Shown: positions 1-12,984 of the stretch, in pieces
How positions within the stretch are numbered: position 1 is the first letter of the stretch
Layout: each line of letters opens with the position of its first letter
Source of the DNA: Felis catus
Taxonomy: Eukaryota
Direction of reading: 5' to 3'
NCBI RefSeq assembly: GCF_018350175.1
Contig: NC_058368.1
Coordinates: 229,836,001-229,900,000, forward strand
DNA length: 64,000 nucleotides
Translations under genes and position numbers: made by a program
Notes under the pieces: generated by a model
The model's database searches: none
What the model saw: the letters and a program-made list of their open reading frames with translations, nothing else
Told to the model about the DNA's origin: nothing

Positions 1-147
1 TGCTTTCAGCTCCTCCCAAAAGTTCTATATTTGCTAACAGGTGGCTACGTAGGGAAAGCCCAAATTGATATGCTATAATGTGAGTAATTATTCGATGACT
101 TAAATTCCATTTAACAACACTTACTCAACACCTAATATGTATCATGC

Positions 148-326
148 TTTTTTTAGTGTTTATTTATTTTTGAGAGAGAGTGTGAGTGGGGGAGGGGCAC
201 AGAGGTTCAGAACTGGGCTCCATGCTGACAGCAGTGAGCCTGATGTGGGGCTCGAACTCACCAACCACAAGATCATGACCTGAGCTGAAGTCAGACGCTC
301 ACTTATCTGAGACACCCAGGCGCCTC
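148..326 (-). mobile_element. Can-SINE (carnivore tRNA-derived SINE)
   Basis: Reverse-strand SINE body (tttatttatttttgagagag ... ctcgaactcac ... gatcatgacctgagctgaagtc ... cacccaggcgcc) with T-rich tail. Confidence 0.92.
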
Positions 327-920
327 CCAGGCTTTTCTCATACATTTTATATCATTAAGTCACCTCAGAGGCCCATGAGGTTTATTTTATCATTCAGATG
401 TGGGGGGAACATATTACTGAGGTCAAGAGACATTAATTCACTTGACTTACTGGGTAGCTGAATGGACAGCCAGTCCAAGATGCTGTTGTATCAAACTACC
501 ACGCTGGTCTGTCCCTCTTGGAAATGATTTAGTATGGAGTTTGTTGTAGTAAAAAAATGTTTGCAGTGTTTGGACATGAGTCTGAATCCCTGCTTTGCTG
601 TTCGTTCTATGACTTCGAGTAAATTACATAAACTTTTTCAGCCTCATTTTCTTTACCTTGACTAGCACAATTTAAGTGTCACGTAAATAGCATCTGTTAC
701 TATCTGTACTGTTAGGACCTTGTTTCATCATAAAGGATGGCTAACACATAAACAACATTGAAAAGCGTCCCCTCTATCCAAGTAGAGATTTGGATAGAGA
801 GGGGGGATATTTCATAGTAGAGGTGCAATATAGCACCTTGTATCTTCTCCCATTAAATTCTACATAAAAGTCTATAATTTGCCTGAAAGAAAGTAAGTGC
901 ATTGAAAATAATGTAAGTTA

Positions 921-1126
921 GCAGCACCGGAGTGGCTCAGTCGGTTAAGCAACTCATTTCAGCTCATGTCATGATCTTGCAGTCTGTGAGCCGTGTTGGG
1001 CTCCGTGCTGATGGCTCAGGGCCTGTAGCTTGCTTCTGATTCTATGTCTCCTTCTCCCTCTCTGCCCCTCCACTGCTCATGCTCTTTCTCTCTCAAAAAT
1101 AAATAAACATTATTTTTTTAAAAAAA
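921..1126 (+). mobile_element. Can-SINE with 17-bp TSD
   Basis: gtggctcagtcggttaagc head, CT-rich tract and aaaataaataaa tail. TSD gaaaataatgtaa(g/c)tta at 904-920 and 1127-1143. Confidence 0.92.
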
Positions 1127-1343
1127 GAAAATAATGTAACTTAAAATGGGGAGAAGTTCATAAAAATTAGTAGTTGATGATTTTATGTTCTGAAAACATG
1201 TACACACTTCAAAGGGGGGAAAACAGTAAAAATGTACAGATTAAGTTATGAAATTCTACCACAAAACAAAGACATAGAAGCCAGCAAAGAACCTAGACCT
1301 TTGCTCTAAGAGATAAAAACAAAAAAACAAACAAAAACAAAGA

Positions 1344-1450
1344 GGGGCATCTGGCTGGGTTAGCTGGAGGAACATATGATTCTTGATCTTGGGGTTGTGA
1401 GTTCTAGGCCCACATTGGGCATAGAGGTTCCTTAAATAAATAAACTTAAA
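1344..1450 (+). mobile_element. Short older Can-SINE lacking the CT tract
   Basis: ggggcatctggctgg ... cttgatcttggggttgtgagttc ... cccacattgggcatagag ... aaataaataaa. Confidence 0.8.
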
Positions 1451-2370
1451 ACGAAACAAAAGACAAATAGCAAAGCAGGTGGTAAACAAAACCAGTATGG
1501 GATTAAAAACATCACCAGTGAGATAAAACTACTTTAGAAATAAAAGGTAGAACCACAGAATGGGAAATTAAATTAATGAAGTAGAAGATAAAGTCATGGC
1601 ACACCTGAGAAATGTGGGAAGACATTAAAAAGATAGGACATATGATGCATGATGTAGGACCTAAAGGAAAAAACACAGAAGTCTAAACTGGATATACTAG
1701 TTTCCAAAGCAACAGAATGTATGTCACATACTAAGTCGCTAAATACTTCCAAAGTGAAAAGAGGGATTGAGTTTCCAATTGGAGAGACATTATAGAGTGC
1801 CAATTTAAAAAATAATAATAATAAAAGCACAAACCAATACAAAGAATTATTCATAAAATTTACAAACATTAGGGGAATATTAGTAGATGGCATATATTGA
1901 TAAGTGTGCAGTGTATAGAAATCAACTATTTTGATTGTTTGCCCTATAGAATATAGTGTGAAATATATCACTAAGTAATATACACATATGTAATAGTATA
2001 TATAAAATAAATATGTATACATATATGTGTATATATACATATTTACATACGCATACACACACCAATATATTACTGAAATAAAATGATGTTATAGAAATGA
2101 AAAGTTCACCTAAGTGTTTCTTCACAGATTCAGGACCACTTTCATTATTGAGTGGAAGGCTGCAGTATTGGTATGGAAACATGGGAATGATCACAATTAG
2201 TGATCTGGACTGCTTTTATAAACATACCATTCATTATATAAGCATCTAGGGGAACAAGTAAAATACTTAACAAACAAAAAGAAACTATCAATTAGGAATA
2301 TCTTAAATATTAATGTTCAACATGTCTGTGTCATCTTAAGGAAAAGAAAGGTGAACATTCAACACACTAC

Positions 2371-2716
2371 CCTTATGGACTGAATGTTGGTGTCTTCCCC
2401 AAATTCATGTGTTGGACCCGTTTCCCCAGAGTGATGGAATTAGGAGTTGGAACCTTGGGGGGTGGTTGGGATTAAATGGGATTAGTACCTTTGTTAGGGT
2501 CAAGAGAGATCTTACTTTCTTTGTTCTCTGCCATGTGAGGAGATAGGGAGAAGATGGCCATCTGCATGCAAACGAGGAAGCAGGCTTTCTCCAGACACTG
2601 GATATGCTGGCACCTGGTTCTGGGACTTCCAGCTTCCAGAACTGTGAGAAATAAATGTTTGTTTAAGCCACTCCATCTGTGGTATTTTGTTATAGCAGCC
2701 CACACTGACTGAGACA
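2371..2716 (+). mobile_element. MaLR solo LTR (MLT1A-like)
   Basis: Starts ttatggactgaatgttggtgtc...aaattcatgtgttg; ends ccagaactgtgagaaataaatgtttgtttaagcca...ttgttatagcagcc...gactgagaca. Confidence 0.88.
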
Positions 2717-3849
2717 GCCACCAGAAGGAATCAGATACTGGCATCAAACAAGCCCACAACTTCTTCTGCCTGATCAACTATGCAGTCATGTAGTGACTTA
2801 GTAGAGGTGTTATCTGTGAAAGAAGAAAGACAACTTGTTTATAGTGACTAGAACATGAAGTAATTGGTAGTAACCTTTAATCCAGTGGGTCATGTGATCT
2901 ACTTAAAGAAAACTAAGAAATTTTGAGTTTTGCTGGTGATCACACCATTTGTATTTCTACCCAGATCTACTGTGCTTCTATCATATGCCTTGGAGAAAAG
3001 GTACAATGTTGTGCTTAGGAAATATTTTCTTGACTGCGTGAATGAAGGCTCCTAAGCAAGACCCATCTCTCCTGTGGATAACATTTCTGTTCCAAACTAC
3101 ATACGTTCATTCATCTTTCAATTCCTTGGAACACATTTACTTCTAGCACACAGTTAATTCAAGATCTAGTTATTGTAGTTGCATTGAAGTAGCCTCCTTA
3201 ATAATAATGATATAATTATAAGTACCTTGTTTAGGAAAATGAAACAAAATGGAGATCTCACATATTTGAATTTTACAACATGAATTGTGTTGAAATCTAG
3301 GCTTGCTTCTTAGGGAAGAATTCCTTCTTTACTGTTAATGTAATCAACTTGAAATGTGCAATAGTAGTTTCAATGTGTGTAGTGCTAAGTTCCTCAGGGA
3401 ACGATGATAAAAATACAATACATGAGGGGAAGCTAACAAACTTAGATTTGAATGCTGCTATTAATATTTTAGGAGAAATTTTGTTTTCAATGGTTTAATA
3501 GCATATCAGTTTAAAAAAAACATTTTTGAGTTTAAGCTTCTTTTTCTGTGGCAATGCGTTTCCAAAATATAAGCAAGTTTGAAAATATGTTGTCCAATTT
3601 TTCCAGAATATCTTTCATAAATTGAGGACTACTCCTGTTGGAAATATTGGATTTGAAGCATAATTTCCCATTTAATTGGATATTTTAGGATTATATGTTT
3701 CATAATATATATTACCTAGAAATGCTCCCTTAAATCTTATATTATTATTATTATTCAAGTTTACAAGTAAATGGTAGTACACTGAAGATTTTACAAATGA
3801 GTGAATTGAGGTTTGTCGAAGTTAACTTACTCAACACTCTTTAAGAATC

Positions 3850-4160
3850 AACCTCAAACAATCCCAAAATTTGTGCAGAATCACAAGAGACCCTGGAATA
3901 GCCAAGGCAGTCTTGAAAAAGATGAAGAAAACGGAGGTGTTAGAATTCAGGACTCCGGGTTATATCACAAAAATGTAGTAATCGAGACAATATGGAACTG
4001 CAAAAAATAGACACATAAATTAATGGAACAGAATGGAAGGTAGAGATAAACTCAAAGTTATATGGTCAATTAATCTTCAACACAGGAGGCAAGAATATAC
4101 AGTGGGACAAAGTCTTCAGCAAATGATGTTGGGTAAACTGGACAGCAACATACAGAAGAA
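3850..4160 (+). mobile_element. Older, degraded LINE-1 ORF2 fragment
   Basis: Translates to PKFVQNHKRP-like and ETIW-like ORF2 motifs; contains aatggaacagaat and tatggtcaattaatcttcaac; frameshifted. Confidence 0.8.
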
Positions 4161-4181
4161 TCAGTAAATTGAGGCTTAACC

Positions 4182-5199
4182 TTCAACGTCGCTCCTTATC
4201 AGGGAAATACAAATCAAAACCACACTCAGATATCACCTCACGCCAGTCAGAGTGGCCAAAATGAACAAATCAGGAGACTATAGATGCTGGAGAGGATGTG
4301 GAGAAACGGGAACCCTCTTGCACCGTTGGTGGGAATGCAAATTGGTGCAGCCACTCTGGAAAACAGTGTGGAGGTTCCTCAGAAAATTAAAAATAGACCT
4401 ACCCTATGACCCAGCAATAGCACTGCTAGGAATTTACCCAGGGATACAGGAGTACTGATGCATAGGGGCACTTGTACCCCAATGTTTATAGCAGCACTCT
4501 CAACAATAGCCAAATTATGGAAAGAGCCTAAATGTCCGTCAACTGATGAATGGATAAAGAAATTGTGGGTTTTTTTTTTTTTTACTTTTTTTTTCAACGT
4601 TTATTTATTTTTGGGACAGAGAGAGACAGAGCATGAATGGGGGAGGGGCAGAGAGAGAGGGAGACACAGAATCGGAAACAGGCTCTAGGCTCTGAGCCAT
4701 CAGCCCAGAGCCCGACGCGGGGCTCGAACTCACGGACCGCGAGATCGTGACCTGGCTGAAGTCGGATGCTTAACCGACTGCGCCACCCAGGCGCCCCAAG
4801 AAATTGTGGTTTATATACACAGTGGAGTACTACATGGCAATGAGAAAGAATGAAATATGGCCCTTTGTAGCAACGTGGATGGAACTGGAGAGTGTGATGC
4901 TAAGTGAAATAAGCCATACAGAGAAAGACAGATACCATATGGTTTCACTCTTATGTGGATCCTGAGAAACTTAACAGAAACCCATGGGGGAGTGGAAGGA
5001 AGAAAAAAAAAAAGAGGTTAGAGTGGGAGAGAGCCAAAGCATAAGAGACTCTTAAAACTGAGAACAAACTGAGGGTTGATGGGGTGTGGGAGGGAGGGGA
5101 GGGTGGGTGATGGGTATTGAGGAGGGCACCTTTTGGGATGAGCACTGGGTGTTGTATGGAAACCAATTTGACAATAAATTTCATATATTGAAAAAAAAA
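4182..5199 (+). mobile_element. 5'-truncated young feline-type LINE-1 (ORF2 C-terminus, 3'UTR, poly(A)) with 16-bp TSD
   Basis: ORF2 Cys-rich tail [29 protein letters not shown]; 3' end tatggaaaccaatttgacaataaa plus A-tail. Perfect TSD aaattgaggcttaacc at 4166-4181 and 5197-5212. Confidence 0.95.
4569..4797 (-). mobile_element. Young feline Can-SINE nested in L1
   Basis: Full CpG-rich body ending gccacccaggcgcccc. TSD aagaaattgtgg at 4557-4568 and 4798-4809. Confidence 0.95.
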
Positions 5200-5576
5200 T
5201 TGAGGCTTAACCAGGTTAACTTACTCAACTTTCAGCAGGGAAAAAATAATGGAAAAGCAGGAACCATTGTCAGATATTTCAGATTTTTGAGGTAGCATTC
5301 TCTTCTATGAATGAAAATGCTTGTTACCTTCTTTAAATTCTGCAGATTAAAATAATGATTATTTACACTATAACATATATATATTTATGCTATTATATAT
5401 ACAGGTATGAACATTTTCTATGATTTATACTATGTTTTATATGCTTCATTGAATGTATTCAGTATGTTTTAATGCAAAACCTCTTATTTCTGCTGAATAC
5501 TTACTGGCCAAAGATGTTTACAACCATATAATTCCTCCATATTTTTAGAAAATGTAATTAAAATATGTAATGTAAG

Positions 5577-5578
<2 letters not shown>

Positions 5579-5611
<33 letters not shown>

Positions 5612-5619
5612 ACACACAC
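5579..5619. repeat. (CA)n microsatellite
   Basis: Direct CA run with one interruption. Confidence 0.95.
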
Positions 5620-7257
5620 TGGTTTTTACAGGAACAAAAGAATTCTAACACACAAGAAAATAGTTCCCAGTAAAAGAAAATAACGTTTAAAATATTTAAA
5701 GAAGTATATTAATATCTGCATTATTTTCTGGAAGCTCTAGTGGGGAATGTGGTTCCTTGCTTTTTCCAGCTCCTAGATGCTGCCCACATTTTCAGTGGCT
5801 TCTCATTGCTCATAGGACAAAAATTTCATCTCTTTAAAGCCTGGTAAATCTTGTTTCTAGAATTTCATTCCTTCTGTGTGGTTTGTATCCTGACCTGTTA
5901 GTTTGGTGCCTCCATTGTTCTTTTCAGTGCTCAGCTTTAATGTCACTTCTTCTAGAGACCTTGTGTGACCTTCTAAATAAAGATGACCTTGGTATTTGTA
6001 ACCTCTGTCTACTTTTCCAGAATGGCGGGCATCAAGTTTACTTGGCCTCCACAGGATCATAGCCTATAGGGCATTGTCTAGCACAGTAGGATCACTCTCT
6101 ATTTGTTTCAAAACTGGGTGAGTTAATGAAAGGATAAGTGAACATTTATTCTCCTTCAAGAGTATTTTTTTCACCCAGTTGAATGAGTTTGTCAAAAGAG
6201 AGAAGTCACAAATGCGTGAGAAAATATGAGACTGCTAAGTAGAAATACAATGTTTGGAAAGAGAATAATAGTGAGTTTCTTTCCTATGGGGCTAATGACA
6301 TGAGTTTTCCTGTGTTGAGCCTCCTAATAATGAATACAGACGTTTAAACCATTATGGATGCCAAAGGGCACCCAACTAGATATTGCTTACCCAGAGAGGC
6401 TTGGGCCATGCAAATGGGGAAAATGGAAAACCCACCTGCTTGGGTCCTAACATTATATCCTTTCCTTTCAATCATGCATACACTGGAGAAAGATGGTATT
6501 AAAATCTCATTTTGTAAATGACTGGTATTTATAATTCTTGCTTTCCTTGCTGGTTTACAATTTATAATCTTCCCATCCTGTTGAAAAATCAGCATTTCGT
6601 GTGGACAAAGATGTTTAAATATGCTTCCATGTTGTAAATTAATTCTAAATACTCGTAAGATATCCTGAACAGAGATGAGTCTACAGATGACAAAGCAAAC
6701 CAAAGAGAGAAATGCATCCTCACACAGCAAGACTCCAGTCCTCTGACACACTCTCATTGATCTAAGCCTCCTCTGATCTATTTTAGCAAGTAACATCTGT
6801 GTGCACAATTTAGCACCTAATTACTCAGTGACTTGTATCTGTAGCTGTTGCGTTTCCGGTTCATAAACTATTTTTTTCCAAATTCAGCTCTGTTACTAAA
6901 ATTTCAACAGACTGATTAAAAAAATACAAACCCAATGGATGTATTAAAAGACAGTGAGAAATGATAGTGCTTAATAACTTTGAAGACTTTATTTGACTTG
7001 CTTGATGATTTCTGTTTGAGAAGGAAAACTCTTTGGGGAACAATTAATATTGAAAACTTGGCTGTGAATAAAGAGGGCTAGAATCTCGGAGAGACTCAGG
7101 AAAGCACAGCCTTCTGAAGGTGTGATCACCTGGTATGTTGTCATGCAGCAGGTGGACAGGCTTCCCTGTGGTCCACCAGCAAGGATGGAGGAAACAAAGC
7201 AACAAATTCACATCTTTTATTATATTTCTTATCAGTCAATTTAAAATAAATACTGGA

Positions 7258-7460
7258 GGGGCACCCAGGTGGCTCAGTTGGTTAAGCACTTGACTCTCGG
7301 TTTCGGCTCGGGTCATGATCTCATGGTTCATGGGGTAGAGCCCTGCATCCGGCTCTGCGCTGACAATGCGGAGCCTGCTTGGGATTCTCTCTTCATCTCT
7401 CTCTGCCCTTCCCCTGTTTACTCTCTCTCTCTCTTTCTCAAATAAATAATCTTTTAAATA
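7258..7460 (+). mobile_element. Can-SINE
   Basis: ggggcacccaggtggctcagttggttaagc head, CT tract and aaataaataa tail. Confidence 0.92.
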
Positions 7461-7607
7461 AGCAGAGTCAAGGTAAAACTAACACTATTTCGTTGAAAAC
7501 TTCCTCAAGGGAAGTAAAATCTAGGAATAACCCTAGTGTTTGAAGAAAAACATTTGCAAGCAATTTTATGGGTATGTGGAGCCAGTAGGTTTGGCTGATG
7601 GATTGAC

Positions 7608-8017
7608 TATTCTTAGTTTGCCAGGCCACTGCAATAGAGTATTGCATACTAGGTGACTTCAAACACCAGAAACTTAATTTCTCATGGTTTTGGAAACTAG
7701 AAGTCTGAGATCAAGGTGTCAGTGGGGCTGTGCTCCCTCTGAAGTGCCAGGGAAGGATGTCTTCCAGGCCTCTTTTCCCAGCTGCTGGTAGTTCCTTGGC
7801 TGGCGGCAGAACGATTCCAGTGTTCACATGGCATTGTCCCCGTGTGTGTGTGTGTATGCCCAATTTCCCCTTTTTGTAAGGGCCCCAGTCATATTGCATT
7901 GGAGGCTCACCCTACTTCAGTATGACTTCATCTTAACTAATGACACCTCACTCGATTCTATTTTCAGAGAAGGCCATATGCTGAGATATTGAGGGGGACA
8001 CAGTTTAACCCATAACC
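7608..8017 (-). mobile_element. MaLR solo LTR (MLT1B/C-like)
   Basis: Motifs agaagtctgagatcaaggtgtcag, ccagtcatattgcattgg, tatgacttcatcttaactaa, gggggacacagtttaacccataac. Confidence 0.85.
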
Positions 8018-8184
8018 AATCCTGTGTGTGAAATAAGAGTCAAGAATGAGTCCAGAGTTTTCAGACTGGGCAAATAGAAGAATGGAATTGCCATTCATGG
8101 GGAATAGGTGACAGAGAGGAGCTGGTGTATGGGGAAAATCAGATATGGCGCCCCGGAAGGATGGATTTCGATGGGTCCTTGTGA

Positions 8185-8236
8185 AGGGTGTATGTTTAGA
8201 GTGAGGATCAAGGGTGTATGTTTAAAGTGAGGATCA
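8185..8236. repeat. 26-bp tandem duplication (2 copies, 1 mismatch)
   Basis: agggtgtatgtttagagtgaggatca followed directly by agggtgtatgtttaaagtgaggatca. Confidence 0.9.
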
Positions 8237-10019
8237 CCAATAAAACAAGAAATCACAAAATAGTTATCTAAATCTCTAGCTTTCAAAATTTATATCAATA
8301 GCTCAGCATGTGGAAAAATATATATTGATTGCATAAGATAATTTGTAGTTTTTCTTAAAATGCGTCATGGGTTCATCACGGTATGTATTAAAGAGTTCTG
8401 CAAATGTGGACTTTTTCCCCCTAAATAAATGTAGCTTAGGCATTTTATCCGAGTTAGTTTATCATTTCAAGTCTTTGTTGGCAAGAGTTTGCTGGCTGTG
8501 AATGGGATCTGGCCAGGAAGCTTTCCTTAGGGAATGAGGAAATGGAAGCACAATAGAAGCATTGTGCACTGCTAGAATATTCTTCTTTTAAGAGGACATT
8601 GCTGTTTTATTGGTGGAAGTAACCATGGAATTTGATAATTAAAAGAAAGAATAAGCAAAATTCCAGGCGACAAGAAGTGAGAATTTTATAAAAAGCCATG
8701 TCAAGCATGAATAATATCTTGAATACTCAATTCATTGGCCTTGATATGCTTCCTCTTAGACCCCTGCTGTAATTATATTTAAATTTATGAAAGCTTTCAC
8801 GCTTGTACAAAAATATACAGGGAAGAAGTGTCTATGGACTTTTTCTTATAGTCGCATACCGTGTGATAATAAAATATTCATGTTTCCACTGAGTTAACCA
8901 ATATTTTTGAATTGTTTAAAAATGGAAAGAAAAACACATGTCAGAACTAATTTGATAGTAACAAGTTTGTGCTAATAATCATTAATGATGGATTTTAATG
9001 GATACACATTTAGATAGTTAAAAAATATCTGCATATATGTTTTAAAGAAAATTGAATCTTGGTATTTAAACCAATCAGCATTGCCCTACAATTTTTGAGG
9101 GTAGAACTTGCAATAATTATCATCAGTCCTTCCTAACTATGCGATTAGAGCATTGAGGTTGGCAGGAGTCCTGTCATTTAAATTGATTATCATTGGAGAA
9201 TTAAAAACTTTGAGACCGCATGGTCTGGAGAAGAGAAAACTGACGGTGAGAAATTCTGGTTTCATTCCCAGATTTAGAATTGCTTCATCATATGACTTGG
9301 AGAGTAAGTCAATTAATTCTATTTGTAGAATGTTAAATATAGGCACCCACTTCTTATCATCACTGTTCACATCTTTGATCCCGTTTGACCAGAGTGAAAC
9401 CCAGCACGACTACATTTTGCTCATCTAGAGTTTCTGATCAGGGATAATCATGATCAGTTTAGCTCTTGTCATCAATTATAAAATAGAGAGTGATGAGGAA
9501 GATGCAGTTGTGAAAGTTGACATTGACACTATTAAGAAGTTACATCTAAGAAAGTTTGGCAGTAATGAATGGATGAGACAAATGGGAGCTACAAGGCAAG
9601 GGAGTCCCAGTGCCCAGGATGCTTTTTCATGAACCGTTTTTGTGACAAAGTTAATTGGAGATTATGAACTGTTCGGGGTTACTATGCCCCAAGAAGTTGT
9701 GTTTGTTTGGCAACATTTGTTAAACCCCTTATCAAATATATTCTAGCAGTTAAAATGGTACCCGTCACCCAGTGAATTAATGAGCATCTGATAGAATTGT
9801 AGTTACTCTTGACCACGGTTCACCATTATGGCACAAATGGTTGTATTCTCTGCTCTCTTCTAGTTTTATTCTACTGGATGCACAGTTCAGTTCATGTTCC
9901 TATTTTTGTCCCAGCTCAGATAGCATCCAACTTAAAAATCAACACTTTCTTCTTGCTGGCTCTGTGCCATCTTTCTCTTGGTTTATTCCATTGACAGCCT
10001 GAACCTCCAAGCCATTCCC

Positions 10020-10475
10020 TGCTTCTGATGCCCAGGGGGACCATTACAAAGTAACAGCAACTAGGTGGCTTAAACAGTGGAAATTTATTTTCTTAGAGTT
10101 CCACAGGCTAGAAGTCTGTAATCAAGCTTTTGGCAAAGGCTCCTTCTGAAGTTCTGAAGAGAATCCTTTCTTATTTCTTCCAGCTTCTGGTAGCCCCAGG
10201 TGTTCGTTGGCTTGTAGATGTATCACTCTAGTCTCTGCCTCTGTCATCATGTGGTGTTTTCCCTGTGTGCCAGTGTGTTCACATCATCTTTCCTCTTTTT
10301 ATAAGGACACTAGTCATATTGGATTAAGAGCCCCTGCTTACTCCAGTGTGACCTCATCTTAGCTAATTATATCTGAAAAGATCCTATTTTTAAATAAGGC
10401 CACATTCACAAGTACTGGAAGGAATAGGTTCCCAACATATTTTCGGTTGGGGGGAGCACAACTCAACCCAGAACA
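10020..10475 (-). mobile_element. MaLR solo LTR (MLT1C-like)
   Basis: ggtggcttaaacag...aaatttattttct...ctagaagtc...ataaggacactagtcatattggattaag...gacctcatctta...aaataaggccacattc. Confidence 0.85.
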
Positions 10476-11370
10476 ATCGCCTACTTGGGCTGTTGGCCCT
10501 ACCACATGGTTTTCATTTCCTCCACTGCCTTAGGATCTGTATCTATTTTCTGACAGCAATTTATTCTTATACGTCTACCAGTAAGCTTTCTTTTATGAAT
10601 GATATTTGTGCATATCCTATGTCAACCCTAGGTATCACTCAACATGCAAAGATCAAGGCTGACACATTCAAAGAAAAATGTTTATGTTTACATTCATCAA
10701 AAAATCACGACCTTTGTTATTTATAGAAAACCTTGTATATATCAGATACTCTGTGAACAGTAACTTATTCTTATAACTGCATGCAGAATAGCTATATCCA
10801 TCCACTTTACAGAGGAGAACATGGATCTCAGTTCACACAGTCCTGGACCACATGAGGTCTGACTCATTCTGCAGTTGTGTGGCATTCCCACCCAAACCAG
10901 GGGGCTTCAGGACTGCATAGTAAAATGTTCTTTGAACAGGCAGTGATAAGCATACGGTTGGTACTAAGTGGGTGAAATGTAACCTGGGTGGGGGAGGATA
11001 GAAAGGCCGACAAGCCAGCAACAATGTAATTTGAGTTGCTTAACCAAAGAAAGATTATGTTAAAGAAATTTAATTTTATATAAACAATACAGGACCCCAC
11101 TGCCTACACCAGAAATGAAAGTATAGCTCAGCTTCACTTTTAAGCACTGGAGCAAAAATCATATGTAAAATTCAATTAGCTAAGTATAAAATAATCACAG
11201 AAAAGTGAGTTTTGTTTCAGATATGCAAGGATGGCTTAATGTTAAAAAACTTGTTAATGAAATCTAGTATATTAATATTAATCAGAAGAAAAGCCTATGG
11301 CCATCTCCACAGATGTCCAACATCCACTTGAAAAAGTACACTATCATAATTAAAGGAGAATTCTCTTATA

Positions 11371-11590
11371 GCTTCCAATTATGGAATGAATAAGTTACAG
11401 GCGTAAAAGGCACAGCATAGGGAATACAGTCAGTGGTATTGTAAAAGGGTTCTGTGGTGACGGACGGTAGCTACACTGAGATAAGCACAGCGTAACACAT
11501 AGGCAAGTTGAGTTACTATGTTGCACACCTGAAACCAACGTAGCATTGGGTGTCAACTATGCTCAAATAAAAAAAAAAAATAAATAAATA
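11371..11590 (+). mobile_element. Carnivore LINE-1 extreme 3' end
   Basis: ggaatgaataag...cagcatagggaata...gcacacctgaaaccaacgtagcattgggtgtcaactat followed by aataaa and poly(A). Confidence 0.8.
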
Positions 11591-12349
11591 CAAGTTAAAA
11601 AATCTCTTAACAGAACACAGAAGGGGTGTTCTTCAATTTCTCAGGGAGTTACCAGTCAGGTATATCATATTTAGAAGCTTTATCAATATTAAAAACACTT
11701 CCAAAAAAAATGGAATTTTATGCATTATGTCACTTATAATATTTAAAATTATACTTGGGATACTAGGCAATGCTAAGCATCATAAAAGCAGAGAGAAAAG
11801 CAAGAGACATGCCATTATTTGTAGACTTCACAATTATATACCCAAAATACACAGGAGAATAACATCAAGCTGTTATAACTCATAAAATGAGTCCGTTATC
11901 CAGATATAATCTCAAAACACAAAATTCCATAGCTTTCCTTTATACCAGCCATAAATAACTAGAAAATGTAAAAAGAAATGCAATCCAACCTATAAAAACA
12001 ATCAAATGATAAGATACATAGGATAAAATCCTAACAAAAATATGCAAAATGTTTTGGGAGGAAAATACTAAATTTTATGTAAGCTCAAAATGACCAGAGG
12101 AAAAAGAGACACGTGTCAAGCTCATGAATGAGAAGGTTCACTATAGAAGCCTTGAATTTGAAGGAGAGGACTCCTCCCAATATGCTCATTTAATGATCTT
12201 GCATTCAAAGATTCCAATGAGATTTTTCAGGAGTGGCAAAAAATTGATTCAGTAAATCACATGTAAATATAAATGACCAACACAGCACAAGACAATTAAC
12301 AGGAAGATTATAAGAACAATAAGACAAAGAATGTACAGGCACTATGTTC

Positions 12350-12564
12350 TTTTTTAAATGCTGTTTTAATTATTTTGAGAGAGAGGGAGAGTGGACACGC
12401 AGGGGAGGAGCAGAGAGAGAGGGAAAGAGAGAAGCCCAAGCAGGCTCCCCTCCACACTCAGCACAGAGTCCGATGCAGGGCTTGATCCCCCATGACCGTG
12501 AGATCATGACGTGGACCAAAATAAAGAGTTGGATGCTTAACTGACTGGGCTACCCAGATGTCCC
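12350..12564 (-). mobile_element. Can-SINE
   Basis: Reverse SINE body (gaagcccaagcaggctcc; gaccgtgagatcatgac; gatgcttaactgactg). Confidence 0.88.
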
Positions 12565-12984
12565 TATGCTGTTTGTTTTTTTTTAAACATGAATTACCTT
12601 AAGTTCTTAAGACAATAATATAAGGACTAGAAGTAGACTCCTACTTGGATAAGAATTTCATATTTGGGAGGGATATATAGAACTTTTCAGTCCTAACTTT
12701 TCAGTCAGTGCAATTGTCTGAATGTTATATCTTTGGCTGTCTATATGGAAAATGAAGTAAAATTAGATTTCTGTCTATACACCACAAACAAATTCTGTGT
12801 TGAATAAGGGTCTACATGCTTTAAGAGTATAAAAATTAGGTAAAGTTATGGGAATGTTTATTCATGTTGCATATTTAGTGTCTTTATGGACAACAAAATA
12901 AAGTATTGAGAAATTTGCCCATATTAATCCTTAAATCTTCTGGAGAAAAAAGTCTTCATAGCTAAGGTTAAAAGTCAAGGGATA

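Larger units (their letters stand above)
11100..12960 (+). mobile_element. Highly degraded ancient LINE-1 ORF2 remnants, interrupted by younger inserts
   Basis: A-rich sequence with decayed ORF2 motifs (atatgcaaggatggcttaat; attatttgtagac...attatatacc; cacaaaattccatagctttccttata). Confidence 0.6.

Noticed and set aside
768..806. Hairpin ctctatccaa / ttggatagag
   Set aside because: A 10-bp stem is too short for a pre-miRNA and has no other support.
1594..2194. Hydrophobic Y/I/F-rich ORFs resembling membrane proteins
   Set aside because: Antisense translation of A-rich degraded sequence and TA repeats.
6344..6808. 154-aa minus-strand ORF
   Set aside because: No recognisable domain and a non-ATG start; a chance ORF of this size is plausible in 64 kb.
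7258..7330. tRNA-like A/B-box heads (here and in the other SINEs) as tRNA genes
   Set aside because: They are the tRNA-derived 5' ends of Can-SINEs, followed by CT tracts and A tails.
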